Assembly (NCBI GenBank): GCA_964304625.1 | Contig: OZ199838.1 | Span: forward strand, 15,964,064 to 16,021,530 | Length of the DNA: 57,467 bases | DNA from: Kudoa neothunni | Taxonomy: Eukaryota; Animalia; Cnidaria | Direction of reading: 5' to 3' | In this document: positions 27,901 through 40,900 of the stretch, one piece after another | Numbering within the stretch: the stretch's first letter is position 1 | How the letters are laid out: every line of letters begins with the position of its first letter | Made by a program: the position numbers and the translations under genes | Notes under the pieces: generated by a model | What the model was told of the DNA's origin: nothing | Seen by the model: only the letters and a program-made list of their open reading frames with translations | Databases searched by the model: none

Positions 27901-30900
27901 GGGACTGTTCGAGACCGACAGTTGTAGGAATTTTGTCTCTCGCTTCGTCCTTTATGCTATGAGCTAATTTATTTTCTTATTATTTTGTACTCTCTAAACA
28001 GCTTTATATTTCTCGTTCTAGAAAGTTCGATCCATTCATTCTTACATCGAGCAGTTTCAATTTTTTTATAAGTTTGTTGCGATAAAATCTTATATCACTT
28101 GAATTAAAGTCAGAAAATATTTTGGATTTTTTTGATTCAATTGTATTTAACGTGGTGATTGATTTTCGGCCGTAGCGCATCACGATGTTCGCTTTAGTAA
28201 CACTCTTAATTCCTAATTTTTCAAATTATTTAATAATAAACACATTTTCTTAATGTAAGCGATAATTTTTCCTATTTCGCTACTGCGTATTAACCATGCC
28301 AATTAAATGAAACAACCGATTTCAGGTGCGAAATAAGCATGCACTCCTAGTTTTCCCAACAAAATAACTATTTATTAATTCAATAATTATATTTTTTGAT
28401 ATATTTTACTCGTATATCACGATTTGTATCTATTGTTAATTCGTATATTTTGGAATTTCGACATTATTTCTAAAAGTGCGCAATAACCAAGCTACGTAAT
28501 AACCCTGCACTACTGAATATATTTATTTACGATTATTTCTAATTTGAAATTTAAACAATAAAAATTTTACCGGATTTTATATTTAGCAATAAAATATATA
28601 TTATATCACGTAACTATTTTATATTTATTATTTATTTAGATAATTAGTCAATTATAAGTAAAAAAAATTATTTTTTAATTTTTTAGCTAAATTACAGTTC
28701 AGATGTTATCTTCGGGCGTTATTTTTGCGCATTGGGAAAAAATCGGATGTATATTTAATTTGTAAATATAATCTTTGTATTTTTAGAGAGGGTACTCAAT
28801 TTCTTTTCTTACCATTTTATTTTAAACTATATAATGTGATATATAGTCACCTAGGTTCTAGAAGTTCTCATAAATGGCATTCCGGTAATTTCGTTTGAAT
28901 GTTCCTTAAGTATATTCTATACGAATTATATAACTTATTCCGCGAGGAAATAACTATCTATAATGGATGTCACATGGAAAAATCCCAAAAATTCTAAATT
29001 GATGTCGCCAAACCAATTGTCTGTCTGTAAAGTCGAGCCGACTCAACTTTATCTGAAATAATATTTTCGAGAACTTATTTGTTTCTATCTTTTTAATTTT
29101 TAAGAATAGCCGATTCTACTGATCACCTAATATTGCTTACTCTTTAAAAACTTTCCTCCAACGTACTTTCTCTTTGAAAAAGGGGTTTCATCAATTCGGA
29201 CGATTATTCCCTCTTCTTCATTTCACTGGTTATTTCATCTAATTTTAAAGTTATTAAGTCCCTGAAAATAGACTATTATTCCAATATTGTTGAAATTGTT
29301 AAAATATATTCAAATGCCGATGCAATGTTCGATAAGACATATTTGAATAATGACATCCATCAAAATAAAAAATATCTATAAAAAAAGTCTTGATGATTCA
29401 AATATTGTTCCTTTTGGAGTGAAAACGCTGCAATAGAATTGACGCCCATCATTTACATCCTTAATAACCCTCATGTAATTATTCTCACCGCATACACAGT
29501 ATAAAAACAATGCAAAAATACTTCTTTTTGCAAAATTTAGATCATATATTCATGGTCAAATCGATGATACTCACAATAAAGCATTGGAATGGTTCCAGCA
29601 CCTTCGCGTGCTAATATTTTTGCATAAGCACACATATTATACGAACTTGTTCAAATGAAAATGCTCATGATAATCAAAGAAGATTACACGTATACAGTAA
29701 TTTAGCCAACGTGTATTGTGTATACTTACAAATATTTTCTTTTTATTTGAAATCACGGATCAGAGTAGGTATTGTTAATCAATTATTTTATAAATTTTTA
29801 ATAATTGTACAGTGGTAAACATATATTGCCAAACCATCATAGATTTAATCTATATTCAACGAGTTAATTCATTTGTCATGCTGGTATATAGAATTAGAAT
29901 TATTAGGAGCATAACAAGCCTTAATAGTTAAGTTTTACTTTAAATCCGAGAAAATAATCATTTCATACTTATATTGAAGGATGTTTTGAACAACAGTATC
30001 ATTCCATTATACACTGAGACATGATTTTTCTCATACAATCTTCGACGTGTTGTGATTTTATTGTGGCATTTATCAACGTATAATAGTCTAGTTTTTCTGT
30101 CTTCATTGGACTTATCGTTGGATGTAATAATGAAATCGCAGTATTCACTTTGGCGAAAAGTATGTGTCGGAGATATTTCGATAAAATTAGCAGACCAGCT
30201 GAAATCGTAGGTAACACGAATATCAGCTAAATTATCAAACAATATTAATATAATCAACAATTATATCCTCATACATAAATGGAGAAGTTTATTCTTCGAA
30301 GTTTTATTTGTGAATAGTATCTCTAGATAAACAGTTCTTGCAAATATCAAACCTATATTTAGTTTGCTAATGCCTTCTTCTGTCGTTAATGCGTCCAAAC
30401 AATTATTTTCACATTTGTAGCATATATATGGTGATTTTTGTCGATCGCCGTCATTCTGATATAGTACGATGTGTTGTATGAGTGCTCTATCCAAAGGGGT
30501 TCGGATATTGAGAATGGATACGGGTGGTGTAGAATTATCAATACTGGCATCTAGTGTGTCATCATCTAATTTTATAATTAGTGATTAATTTAATATTAGG
30601 CCAAATCAAATACTGTAAAGTAAATCAACATAGAAAATATTGCCAGGTATCGCCAATTTCAGATATAACCCAGTAGGGGAAAGAGTAGTTGTAGGAAGTG
30701 GAATTATTGAGTCACATTTTGTTTTTTTATCAAAGTTTACTCTTTTATTCCGATTTAAATATTCCGCACGTAGGATTTCCTTATCACTGGCATATAAGTA
30801 AGACCAATATTCATCGTTGAAATTGGTGTTAATTTTTAGTCCCTCTTGATTTCTCACCACATTAAAATTTAATTTTTCGTAAAGATTGCCAATAGTGTGT

Positions 30901-32513
30901 AGATAATTCAACTGAGGGATATATATGTGTAGTGAATTAGGAATAATCAAGGAGAGATCAATTTTATAGTCGTTACACGATTTATAGCCATCATGCGATA
31001 ACGATCCATACGAGTCGTATGTTCCAGCGTTATTGTAACCATCCAACAACGTGTCAACCCTCACCAATGTGTACACACAACTGATTGGATAATCTTCAGG
31101 AATGTTAGACCAAATTCTCATTGTATTTTCTTCGATAACATAATGAACATCAAATAATGTTGAGTTCCATTCGGAAGTTATTTCCCAGTGTGAGTTTTCA
31201 TTTGACAAAAGCAGTTTATACGATTTAAGGAATCCTCTTTCGAAAATGATCATATTCTCGGTGAACAATCCAACACATCCACTTTTATTTTTTATTTTGC
31301 AAATGAATCTACGTATCAGTTTGTTGTCGGATAACTCATCCAACACATATTCTATTTGCTTCAAGGATGTGTCACTATTTAAAATAATTTTAAAACGATG
31401 GAATTCTTCCATCACTTCAAAAAACCTCTTTACATTTTCTATAAAATGAATTATTACATATAAAACACAAAATATTTTATACTAATTTTTGTATAACGCA
31501 ATATTTTAGTTTTGTAATGTTTGTTTTCCAATTTCAACTTAAGGAATTCTCCATGAGGCGCTCTACATGTAAATTTTATTCTTCCATCATTTAGTGATTC
31601 TTTAGGGCATAAAGTTTCTTCCGTAGTCATAAAATATTGTTTTGGATGAATGAAGTAATTCTCAACCATATATAGGTCATTTTGTTGAATATTTAGGTCA
31701 CTCAAAATTATATTAAATTGTTGTGTGGGTTTTACATTAAACACATAAGGGCTCCTCCTGAATTGATTGGCTAAAGAATGTTATTAATCATACAAGAAGA
31801 TTAAGTATCACTTTTTATAATTAAATCGATTGGATAAATCATATGCTTTATTTGGATGGCTAAATGGACTTCAACGGCATTTGTTGGAATTTCGTATGAT
31901 GGTTGGTCACAATAGTTATAAATTGATTCAGATTTAGTTTCAATGGTTGATTCATAAACAATTTTATTGATAGAAATGTGACAAATATATTTTTTATGGT
32001 GAAATATACCACTTTTGAAAACTATTTTCGAGTCTTCATTAATTATATAATCAATAGCATTATTTTCCGGCTCTAAGTTTTTATAATTTTCATTTCGACG
32101 TAATTTACGAAACTAAACTCACGTCGATATATTTTCAACGCTTCTTTTTGTTGACAAATCTCCGTATCGATAAACAAAAAATACGACGACAACCTATTCA
32201 CGCCATAAATCGACATGTTACATGTATTTTCACTGTCACATTTGATTAGACTTTTCCTAGATACACGAATGTTGGTTTCTTCTAATGAATCAACCAACTT
32301 CCAACCAGTCTCAATGTAAGTTGATGGATGTGTAAGCTCCAACCACACATCTAACACGTTTAAGCTAGGTCTATACGTATAATGAATATTGCAGTCTTCA
32401 GCATGTATATCTGCAGAAAAATTAGTAAATACTCAACAAATATTTTTAATTTGACTAGAAATGTTACCATTAAAAAAAAAATTTAAAATGGTTACTAGCC
32501 TTAACAATAACAT
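1133..32513 (-). CDS. Gene A: giant adhesion-GPCR paralog, ectodomain portion (about 31 exons in window); 3' end (presumed GAIN/7TM) lies left of the window; one exon has a frameshift
   Basis: ATG at 32513 gives MLLLRLVTILNFFFN, then a GT-AG intron (32411-32467), then DIHAEDC, which looks like a signal peptide. The downstream GT-AG exon chain is colinear and near-identical to gene B (e.g. ORFs 30606/56386, 23495/52031, 17709/47527, 13064/40036). Confidence 0.8.
1615..3523 (+). mobile_element. Decayed pogo/Tigger-like element
   Basis: Inverted repeat TTATGGGTCGTACGTAAT (1624) / ATTATGTACGACCCATAA..TACTGTA (3497-3523); HTH-like start KKILDSLQKVEIIEYY. Confidence 0.55.
3680..3958 (-). CDS. Array exon R7 (279 nt, phase 1-1)
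   Basis: RSTFKINYTYDDKD...KWYLRD...CESKIC...ELKIEG with AG/GT borders. Confidence 0.85.
4314..4592 (-). CDS. Array exon R6 (279 nt, phase 1-1)
   Basis: RSTFEMEYTYGDND...KWSLND...CVDKFC...ELKIEG. Confidence 0.85.
5133..6431. mobile_element. piggyBac-like non-autonomous element
   Basis: TTAA-CCCTCTT ... AAGAGAG-TTAA ends; subterminal GGGTCAAAATGACCC / GGTTCATTTTGATCTC. Confidence 0.6.
7336..7386 (-). mobile_element. hAT (Charlie-like) terminal fragment
   Basis: CAGGGATGGGCAACCTACGGGCCGCG resembles Charlie-type termini. Confidence 0.55.
7542..8686 (+). mobile_element. Internally deleted hAT element
   Basis: Imperfect TIRs CAGTGTCACCAACC / GGTTGGCAGCGCTG; NAFSERAFSLLK (hAT C-terminal dimerization motif) at ~8402-8445. 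Confidence 0.65.
9415..9693 (-). CDS. Array exon R5 (279 nt, phase 1-1)
   Basis: RSTFEIEYAYDNDE...KWSLYN...CTMKVC...ELTIEG. Confidence 0.85.
10053..10331 (-). CDS. Array exon R4 (279 nt, phase 1-1; not in the ORF track)
   Basis: RSAFEIKYAYDDDDVINIIFTLVQEFAEISLKWSLYDTERKPV...CNNNLCQLKMSK...ELIIEG, translated by hand, open. Confidence 0.85.
10688..10966 (-). CDS. Array exon R3 (279 nt, phase 1-1)
   Basis: RSTFKIEYTYDADN...KWSLNE...CRNYVC...ELKIEG. Confidence 0.85.
11984..12262 (-). CDS. Array exon R2 (279 nt, phase 1-1; not in the ORF track)
   Basis: RSTFAIEYTYDNNNDVIIKFRLDQQIDKISLKWSLHD...CIDKLC...KLKIQG, open. Confidence 0.85.
12900..15890. repeat. Paralog homology block 1 (matches ~39868-42868)
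   Basis: Near-identical sequence at offset ~26,972-26,976. Confidence 0.95.
13072..13350 (-). CDS. Array exon R1 (279 nt; counterpart of the single copy in gene B)
   Basis: PSTFQIKYTYDDNN...KWYLRD...CKNKVC...ELTIEG; preceded by a 41-nt intron. Confidence 0.85.
17340..18700. repeat. Paralog homology block 2 (matches ~47160-48518)
   Basis: Offset 29,818. Confidence 0.95.
19619..21000. mobile_element. Non-autonomous TIR element (about 50-bp inverted repeats)
   Basis: TAATGGTAAAGTATGTGACTCCAAAAAACACCATCTAAAGTCA is the near reverse complement of TGACCTTAGATGGTGTTTTTGGAACCACATATTTAACCATTA. Confidence 0.65.
21941..21966. repeat. (TA)n microsatellite
   Basis: Direct reading. Confidence 0.9.
22572..24530. 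repeat. Paralog homology block 3 (matches ~51108-53064)
   Basis: Offset 28,536. Confidence 0.95.
24600..25262 (+). mobile_element. hAT transposase C-terminal remnant
   Basis: LILPFISSSAEGYFSRLQ at ~25207-25260 resembles the hAT dimerization motif; broken ORF at 24904. Confidence 0.5.
26952..27012. mobile_element. piggyBac-like terminus of the same family as 33101-34302
   Basis: TTAACCCTCGAAGGACCGTGCTAAAATACTTATGTATGTTCTCATGG matches the reverse complement of 34255-34302. Confidence 0.6.
29776..31686. repeat. Paralog homology block 4 (matches 55556-57466)
   Basis: Offset 25,780; the 269-aa ORFs differ at 5 residues. Confidence 0.95.
32468..32513 (-). CDS. First coding mini-exon of gene A (signal peptide)
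   Basis: 46 nt, ATG...AAT G|gtaaca; joins in phase 1 to ctgcag|AT ATA CAT GCT at 32410. Confidence 0.7.
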
Positions 32514-33100
32514 TGTCTTATTGAGAATAATTATCAAATAAATCGGAGTTACTCACTGAATTGATTTACGCCGTAATTCAATTCGAAAGATAAAAAGGTA
32601 GATTTCAATGAGAATTACTAATACCTTATGATTATTTCTACTCGTACATACATCAAGATAACAGAAAAATTAAGCTAAATCTGCAGACAATGGCTAATGA
32701 CACATTATTTTATAATCTCTCGTCATGACATAGCCGAGGACACAAATAAATTTTTCTGAATAAAATCGAATATTCTATATTTGTTCAATCCTAACATTAA
32801 GGACAATTTTTCCTCCGTGTAATTATAATTTGACAGTTATAGTAAATAATTGTGTATAATATTGATTAACAGACGAGCGTAGATTTTTGTATTACCTACC
32901 CATACGATGACCCAATATGCTCTCAAAGCACGTTTACTCATTTAATTGTGATACTCTTAATTCCGTTAGAAATTATCATTGAATATAGAAGAAATGAATT
33001 AGTCGATAATACCATGTAATTTATTAGCGGTTATAGTGAGATTTGATATATATTAAAAAAACTCACAATTGAACAGATAATCAGGGATAGAGTATTTTCG

Positions 33101-34302
33101 TTAACCCTCTCGGGGCCATGCAGGGTCATTCGAGATCCCATTTTTGGTAAATTTTTTTTACCTTCTAAAACTTGTTATTTTAATTTTTGAGTTCATTTAA
33201 TCTTAGATTAACGTGTATTGTTAAGAAATAAAATATTTCTGGAAAATTATAGTATTCTAAGGTTCAAAAATTATGTTTAATATCACGTAGCACTGATATG
33301 TTATTTAAAATTATTTTATACGGTTGTATCAAGTGTATCTAATTAATATGATATGATAAATGATAAATAAATCTAATATATATTATCACGACCAAACTGA
33401 GGAATATTGTAATTTGTATCCTTTCTTGTTATCTGTTATAAGATTCCGAAGATGGAATAAAATTAAGAGATTAATCCCATTTTATTTATGTCCAGATTAT
33501 TGCGCATTGAAAACCTAACAGATTGCCTGATGTGCTTCAAAAATATGTTACAATATTTATTTTGTTGCACTAATTAAATTTAAATTGCAGCAACTTAAAA
33601 GTTGGTCACATTATTTCTGTGTCATGATATCGTCAAATTTCAACGATTCCCTATTCCATAAAACAAACAGCAAACATTTATTATATAGTTTTATTTTTTT
33701 AATTTTTAATGAAGTTAAGCTAGGTAATTTCCTTATAACTATTATAATATTAAACCGATGTTTAAAGAAATAAGCCTTGAATCATATTTATAATCTGGTT
33801 AAAAATATTGTTACTCATAATTCAAATAAATTTATCCTTATTTATGTAGACTCAACATTATTCTTTATTTCTCAAAATGTGTTGTAAACATATCTCAGTG
33901 TAAAAATCAATAATGGATTACCGAACTTAACCGGAGTTATTTCTTGATAATATTTGGCATAGCAGCCTAATATTGAAAATAAAAGTGGCATAGAAGTTTC
34001 TATCATGTCACACTCAATTAAAAATGAAACCGAAATAATTATATCTATTACATCCACCATTTGAAGTTTTATTTGTATAAGTTAAATTGGTAATGTTTCC
34101 CGACATTGGTAAAATATTTTCAACAAATTCTTCAGTTGTTTAGATATTTTAAACATATATTTTAATAACAAATAGATTAATTAATCTATATACAATAAGT
34201 TATAATCATACTCAATCATTATAGTAGAAAACGATTGGGGTTGATGATCGACCCCCATGGGAACACACATAAGTTTTTTGAGCAAGGCCCTTCGAGGGTT
34301 AA
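33101..34302. mobile_element. piggyBac-like non-autonomous element in the intergenic spacer
   Basis: TTAACCCTCTCGGGGCC ... GGCCCTTCGAGGGTTAA. Confidence 0.7.
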
Positions 34303-34919
34303 AGATTCAATAGGCTGCTAAATATTACAAAAATCATTCTCTACGGATATTTTTAATTTATTGATCACTGAAATTATAACATAAAATATCGTTTATCATT
34401 TTTGATAAATAAAACATAAAATAACATTATACGATAATTAAGACTTTATTCGATCAATTTATATTTGGAAAAAAGTGGCATAATGAGCCTTTGTTACTTC
34501 TTGAAAACCCATCTAAGTAACATATAGGAAAAATTTTTGTTTGTTTCTTATAAATATAGTTACCAAAATCTATGATATAATTTACATAATATTAATTTTG
34601 TTATATAGAATATTCCTATAACTTTACAAGCATAGAATTAAATTTTGGACAAAAAGAGGTCCACTGAGCTTTCTAGGGTTAATGGGATTATGTCAGTCTT
34701 GATGTAAATCTCAATTTTATGCGAGCTCGTGCGTATTAGGGTATCACTGTTCTAGATAACACACCTAGATTGGACTCCCAAAACACTCCCCATCCCCCCG
34801 TAAAGGTTAATCTATAATTATAATATTGTAATTTTATAATTAAGAAATTAAAACGCGTAAAAACAATGACTACAATAACAATAATAATAATAAATTATGT
34901 TACTTAAATAAATTATATA

Positions 34920-37900
34920 CTAACTTTGGGATTTTGCAACACTTTTGGTTGAAAATGTTGTCATTTTTTTGCTAGGTTTGCTTTTGATATTTAATATAGG
35001 ATACTTTTGAGAGACTGTTCGTAATTTGAAGATCGAGATAATACGCTTTCTTTTTTCATTGTTACCAATAACAAGAACAAAAAATGAGAAAATTCCAATT
35101 GAAGTATTTACAATATCGGAAACCAGTATAATAAACTCACTATAAAAAACCCAGGACAACATCTGAAGAAGCATTGGAAAGCCTAGCAAAATAAACAGGA
35201 AGAATAATTGTTTCGCACGCTGTATTATGGAGGCCTTCTTATTTTTGGCGCATTCAGATTTAAACGTCGTCTTCAAAACCATCACAAATACAATCAAATT
35301 GAAAAATAATATCGTTGCACCCGGAATAGTTATTGTTGCGAGTTTTAAATACCCATGTGGTATACAACTATGGTACAGTTCAGATATAAATTAGTTACTT
35401 AATAATCAGAAATAAACATATACTTTTTATCTTTAACGTAAAATTTTCGACAAAGTTTACAGCAGAATAGTACGGTAGCTACAGGAATCACTAAAACAAC
35501 ATTACAAATTTATATGCGTAGATTAATTTTTACCCATGATCGTAAAAGCAATCGCATTCACAATTTTGGAATTTATATTCTTCATTGTGAGGACCAGATT
35601 TTTAAACAAAAAGAGCGAGTGCAATAATAAAGCAAAGTATTGGCTCATAAGAGCATAATGTAGAAATACTGCAACATGAAAGCAAGAACTTTCAACCTTA
35701 TTGAATATATTCCCAAGGATAAATGAAACATGAAACATGAAAGTAGAGACGCACATCCACAATTGGGTCAAGGATTTTGTTTTAAGTAAATTTCTATCAA
35801 TAAATTATTTAAACCGGTTGGTATAAAAAATATTTAGCAAATTACCTTGATGTAGTAATACAAACCATTGTAATGACAAGAAAAAGTAAGGAAATCGTTG
35901 TTAATGTTAACGATACCTCGTGTTGGTAATATTTATTTGACGAAGAATACTGATCGAAAATGTCGAAAATAATTGCATAGCTTGTTGTGTGGTTGCAAGT
36001 ACATGTGTAATTAGTAAGTGAATTCGAAAGGGTAACCTCCCTCAATATGAAGCAATAACTTGTCTCCCATATCAGCTTTTTACCTACGAATATAAAATAT
36101 TTAATTATATAATTAAAATTTTTTGAATATACTGTGTAATGTGCAACATCTAAAATTTTTCTTTTTATCACCCACTTTAACAATTTGACTGTAAGTTATA
36201 TTCAACTTTTTAGTTAAGCTGTTTGATATTTTAACCACGATCACATCACCCGCAATAATATTGGAATTTTGAACTGTAATGTTAGTTTCTTTGTTTTTAG
36301 TCACAGCTAGTACAATTTTGTTTTTAGGTTCATCTCCCGCTGTCGAATCGGTGTCCGAAAAACCCAAGCTCAAGTAGGTGGATTGCAGAGTCTCATCGGA
36401 TTTATTTATTTCTTTCGAATTTTCAACAATATCCATTATTTCCGTGTTGTCTAAGGGCATTGAAAAATACAACGATTCCGAAGTTTTTATCGAAGTGAAT
36501 GATTTTATTTTTATATTATCTGATATCAATTCTTGATTATCCTCCAAATTCAAGATGCTTTTATCAAGAAGATTGATTTGTTTCAAAAACCTTCAGAATA
36601 ACATCAAAACGCAGAAACGAAAAGTTAATTACGTGTCATTTTCTTCTATGTTGGTTTGATTTTTAGGAATATCGTTCGATGCTATATATTTAGTTAGATA
36701 ATAATTTATTATATGGATTTATGAGGTAATTACTAGTTTCATTTTTCTGATATACAACCATATCCCAAGCTTTTATAAATAACCCTGTATTCTAAATCGA
36801 GCACATTATCATTGTCCTCAAATTTTCAACAATCATACCAAAGGTTCATCAGATTTTGATTCTAATTTCGCTTCCAACTCTTCTGTGTCTATTAAAATAG
36901 CTTCCCAGTTAACTAAAGGTTTCGTTATAATTTCATTTCAATGTATGAAAATCCATATTACACAAATTGGGTTAACGTTTTAAAGACACTAATACTTTTA
37001 TGAGCTAAAAAAATATTCTTTCCAAAAAGTACTAGATAACGATAAAATTTAGTTTAATTAGTTTTAAAACAAATAAATAATATCCCTAATAATCCATAAT
37101 CCTCAGAGTACATATACTGTTAACAATCGCGGTACTCTTTTCTTAGTTTTACGTATTATTTACTAAAGTTACAATTTTAAATTAACCCTCGAAAGATTTT
37201 CTTGGGCTACACAAGACTACAATTATATTTTTATGTTTAAAAAATTTGTTGTATTTTGTGAATATTTGCCAGAATTTCACCCCCCCCCCGTTTTAAATAA
37301 AGTATAATATATCGACTGAATTAATAAATTAATATAACTAGTTAATGTTTTGGCAAGACTAAATAAAATATATCAAGTTTTATCACAAAGTAATATAAAG
37401 ATGGACGCGTGATGCCTATGGTTGTTTCAAAAAAGGTTTTAACTTAAATAATCAACCGTTTATTCACAAATTAAAAATAAAAAGCGTGATCCTGTCACTC
37501 ATCTCGTTAATGATCGTTTAATAAAATTAAAATGAATATTTTTATCTAATTAATCAGATAAAACCGTTAATTAAGCATCCAAACCAGACAGAAAATAATG
37601 AAACAACTAAATAGTGTTTTTATTAAAGTCGAATCACTCTCCCTTCATTTTATATACGACATATACATGATAAAAATGTATAATAGTTATTAAAGAAATT
37701 ATGTGTAAACATTATATATGTAATTTACTTATATTTTAAGAATTTAAGTCGTTTTGAAAAGTCATTGAGATAATGGTATATTGTGTGACTCCAATATTTC
37801 ATCATGATGGGTCTTGTTTTTCGCTTTAATTTTTTCATGATTATTTTATACATGAAAAAATAATATGGAGCGATTAGAGATCAAATAAAAATAATTAGTT

Positions 37901-40900
37901 GAAAATTCCAATATTTTCCGTGCTATAATCTTTCTAATGTCAAATTAAGCTTGTTTACGTTTGGTCGAGAAATCAAGACGTCCTGTATAATTGGCTGAAG
38001 CCGTATAGGAGACCATTTTTAGTCCGAATCTAATATATCGAATTTTTCATGATTATAATATCTTCTAATAGAAATTTTAATGTGATAATAATAAGAGCGA
38101 TTTTTAAAACGAATATTAACGTTAAATATTATATTAAAGATTATAACAATAGTCTGTTTAAACCATTATAAAATTCTTAGAACGTTTTAGTTCCATGATT
38201 ATTTTTAACCTCTATAAATTTTTGTTTCGTGTATATATTGCTACCTATGTCCAAATGCAAGTTTATTTTGCGGTTTTACATTATTAACATGGTGTTTTTA
38301 TTTTCATATTGAATTAACGTTCTAAAAATTAAATGCACGATTAATTTAAACGATGTCAAACACACATTTTATATATTAAGAGAATTTATTACATCAAATT
38401 TTTTTAAACTCAAATAAAACATTATTTTTTATTTTGAGATTTAAATTTTTTATTTTTTTTAAATCCATTAATTTGTGAAAATAATTTCTTTATTCCTAAT
38501 AAAATCAAATTAAACTAACTGACATAAATCTAGAATTAATAAAATAATCATTATAATTTAATTTCAATAATATAAAATTAAGATAATTATTCCAATATTT
38601 AATAAATTTGAAAATATATTGCGTGTTGGTCAGTGTTTAAACCTTGAGGCGAAATCAGACAATGAATATGAAAACAAACTTATCTTACACGGTTAAATTG
38701 GCCTTGCAGAAAAACTGTATTTAATAAGTGGATAGATAGATAAATAAATGGTGTAATTTTTCCACAAATCTGCAGGATGATAGTCCATATTATTTTTTTA
38801 TTACACTATTCTTGACTTTATGCGCCGCATCAAACTTGGTTGAAGCATACATAATCGAAGCGAGTTGAAACTCATGCAATAATCAAAACTCAAGCGTTTG
38901 TGACTTATTAACAGTTAATTTTTTTAGAAAACAAAGAAGACTGGTAACTAATTTAGAATCTTACAAAAATGATCATCGTCCTTAATTGCTTGAGATGCCA
39001 ACATTTAGGGTTAATTATGTGTATCAAATACGTTATAATAATCAACATATATTTTTAGGTAGGTAGAATAAAATATTTTAGAACATTTTCAACATTAAAA
39101 TATGGAAAAACTGGCAATCGTCATTTCATAAACCAGCTTAATTAGACAATTAATTAGACACAAGGGAGTTTATAGCTCATAAAATATTGGAATTTTTAAC
39201 TAATTGTGTTGATTTGGGGTTTTATCGCTCCATATTATTTTTTTCACGTATAAAGTAACCATGAAAAAATTAAAGCAAGAAACTTTCTTGATCATGATGA
39301 ATTTTTAGAGTTATACAGCATACTATTACTGATAAAAATATGCATTAATCCTCTAAAGCAATGATTCTCAACCGGGAATAAATTAATTAACATCAAAATT
39401 AAATAAGACCAATTTTTCTATTATTAGTTTACGAAATATTTCAACATTTCTAACGAACTATATTGTTTGGGGCTATTAGATTCAATAAGAATTAGGCGCA
39501 AATATTAAAATGTTTTTAGGAAGGAGTATTTAACAGCTATCTATAAAAATATAAACAACCTCTTTCTTTTAGGCTCTTTTATTTTTTGGTGATGTAGCTT
39601 AATAATAATAATACTCAAAGTTGTAATCTGTGTGATAAATAATTTAATTTATAAAAATCTAAAATATTAAATCGGTAAACAGTTTGTGAATAAAAGTTTC
39701 TGAGTACAAAATTTTCATTACAAAGGCGATAATTCCCTCTTATTTAATTAAACAAGTATATAACCTTAAAACAGGTTTGAATTTGGCTTCAAAGTTAAGG
39801 GAGTTAATTGAAAAACCGGTTGAGAACCCCTGCGCTAGAAGGTTAGTGCGAAGGAAATTGGTAGGGTAAAAAATTCTAATATGAATGTGTTTTACACTTA
39901 ACACATCAAAGTTAGAACTGTATATTTAACAATAACCAAATATCAATTATGCAATATTAAAATTCTAAATAAAATATAGATATTGTATTTATAGATGATA
40001 ATAAATTATTAACTAATCTATGAAAATATTATAATTTAATTACCTTCTATCGTCAACTCCTTTACGCCAGTTAATTGAGAAGATTCGAATAGAAATTGAT
40101 AACTTTTCGAATGATCCAGCGTTCCCAATGTCCTCATTTTGCATACTTTATTTTTACATGATACTTTTTCGAACTCCATATTTGAATTTTTCACCATATT
40201 TTGATGAGTATCACGTAAATACCATTTCAATAAAATTTCATCGTAATTTTGTTCTAATGTGAAATGAATAATTACGACATTATTATCGTCGTATGTATAT
40301 TTAATTTGGAATGTGCTCGGATCTAAAACTCTTATTATACTCTTAATGCAAGTAGAAAAATACCTTTGGCAACGAATACTGTATCCATATCATGAAATAT
40401 ATATATATCAGACACCATTTTGATTCTTTGATCAACATATCTGTCTATTCCATTAAACATGGTTTTGCAAACATTACCATCACAATTAAGATCAACATAA
40501 AAAGTATTCTTTTTTTTTTCTATAAATTGGTCTGATTTTTTTTCTAACGACGTGAGATCAATTTTCGCTCTAAAACTTTCAATAGATTGCACAACGTTCA
40601 AAGTAATCGAAATTTTAGTATCAACCCGTTCCGCGGAAAATTCGTAATTTCTTATTACTATAAATATGTCAAGAAGAAAGTAATACTATTAACATTAAGT
40701 TCAACTAATCTTACATTTTGTTATGATAATTTTGTTAGTTTTCATTACAAGATCTCCTGATATAATATCGATATCGTAACGATCACCACGTTTAACCCCA
40801 TGTATTTCAAACGTAAACAAATCATTTTTCTTTGATATTCGTAGAATTTCTGCTGAATTATTCAATATTTGTGGTTCTCCACTTATCTTAAGACTCCAAT

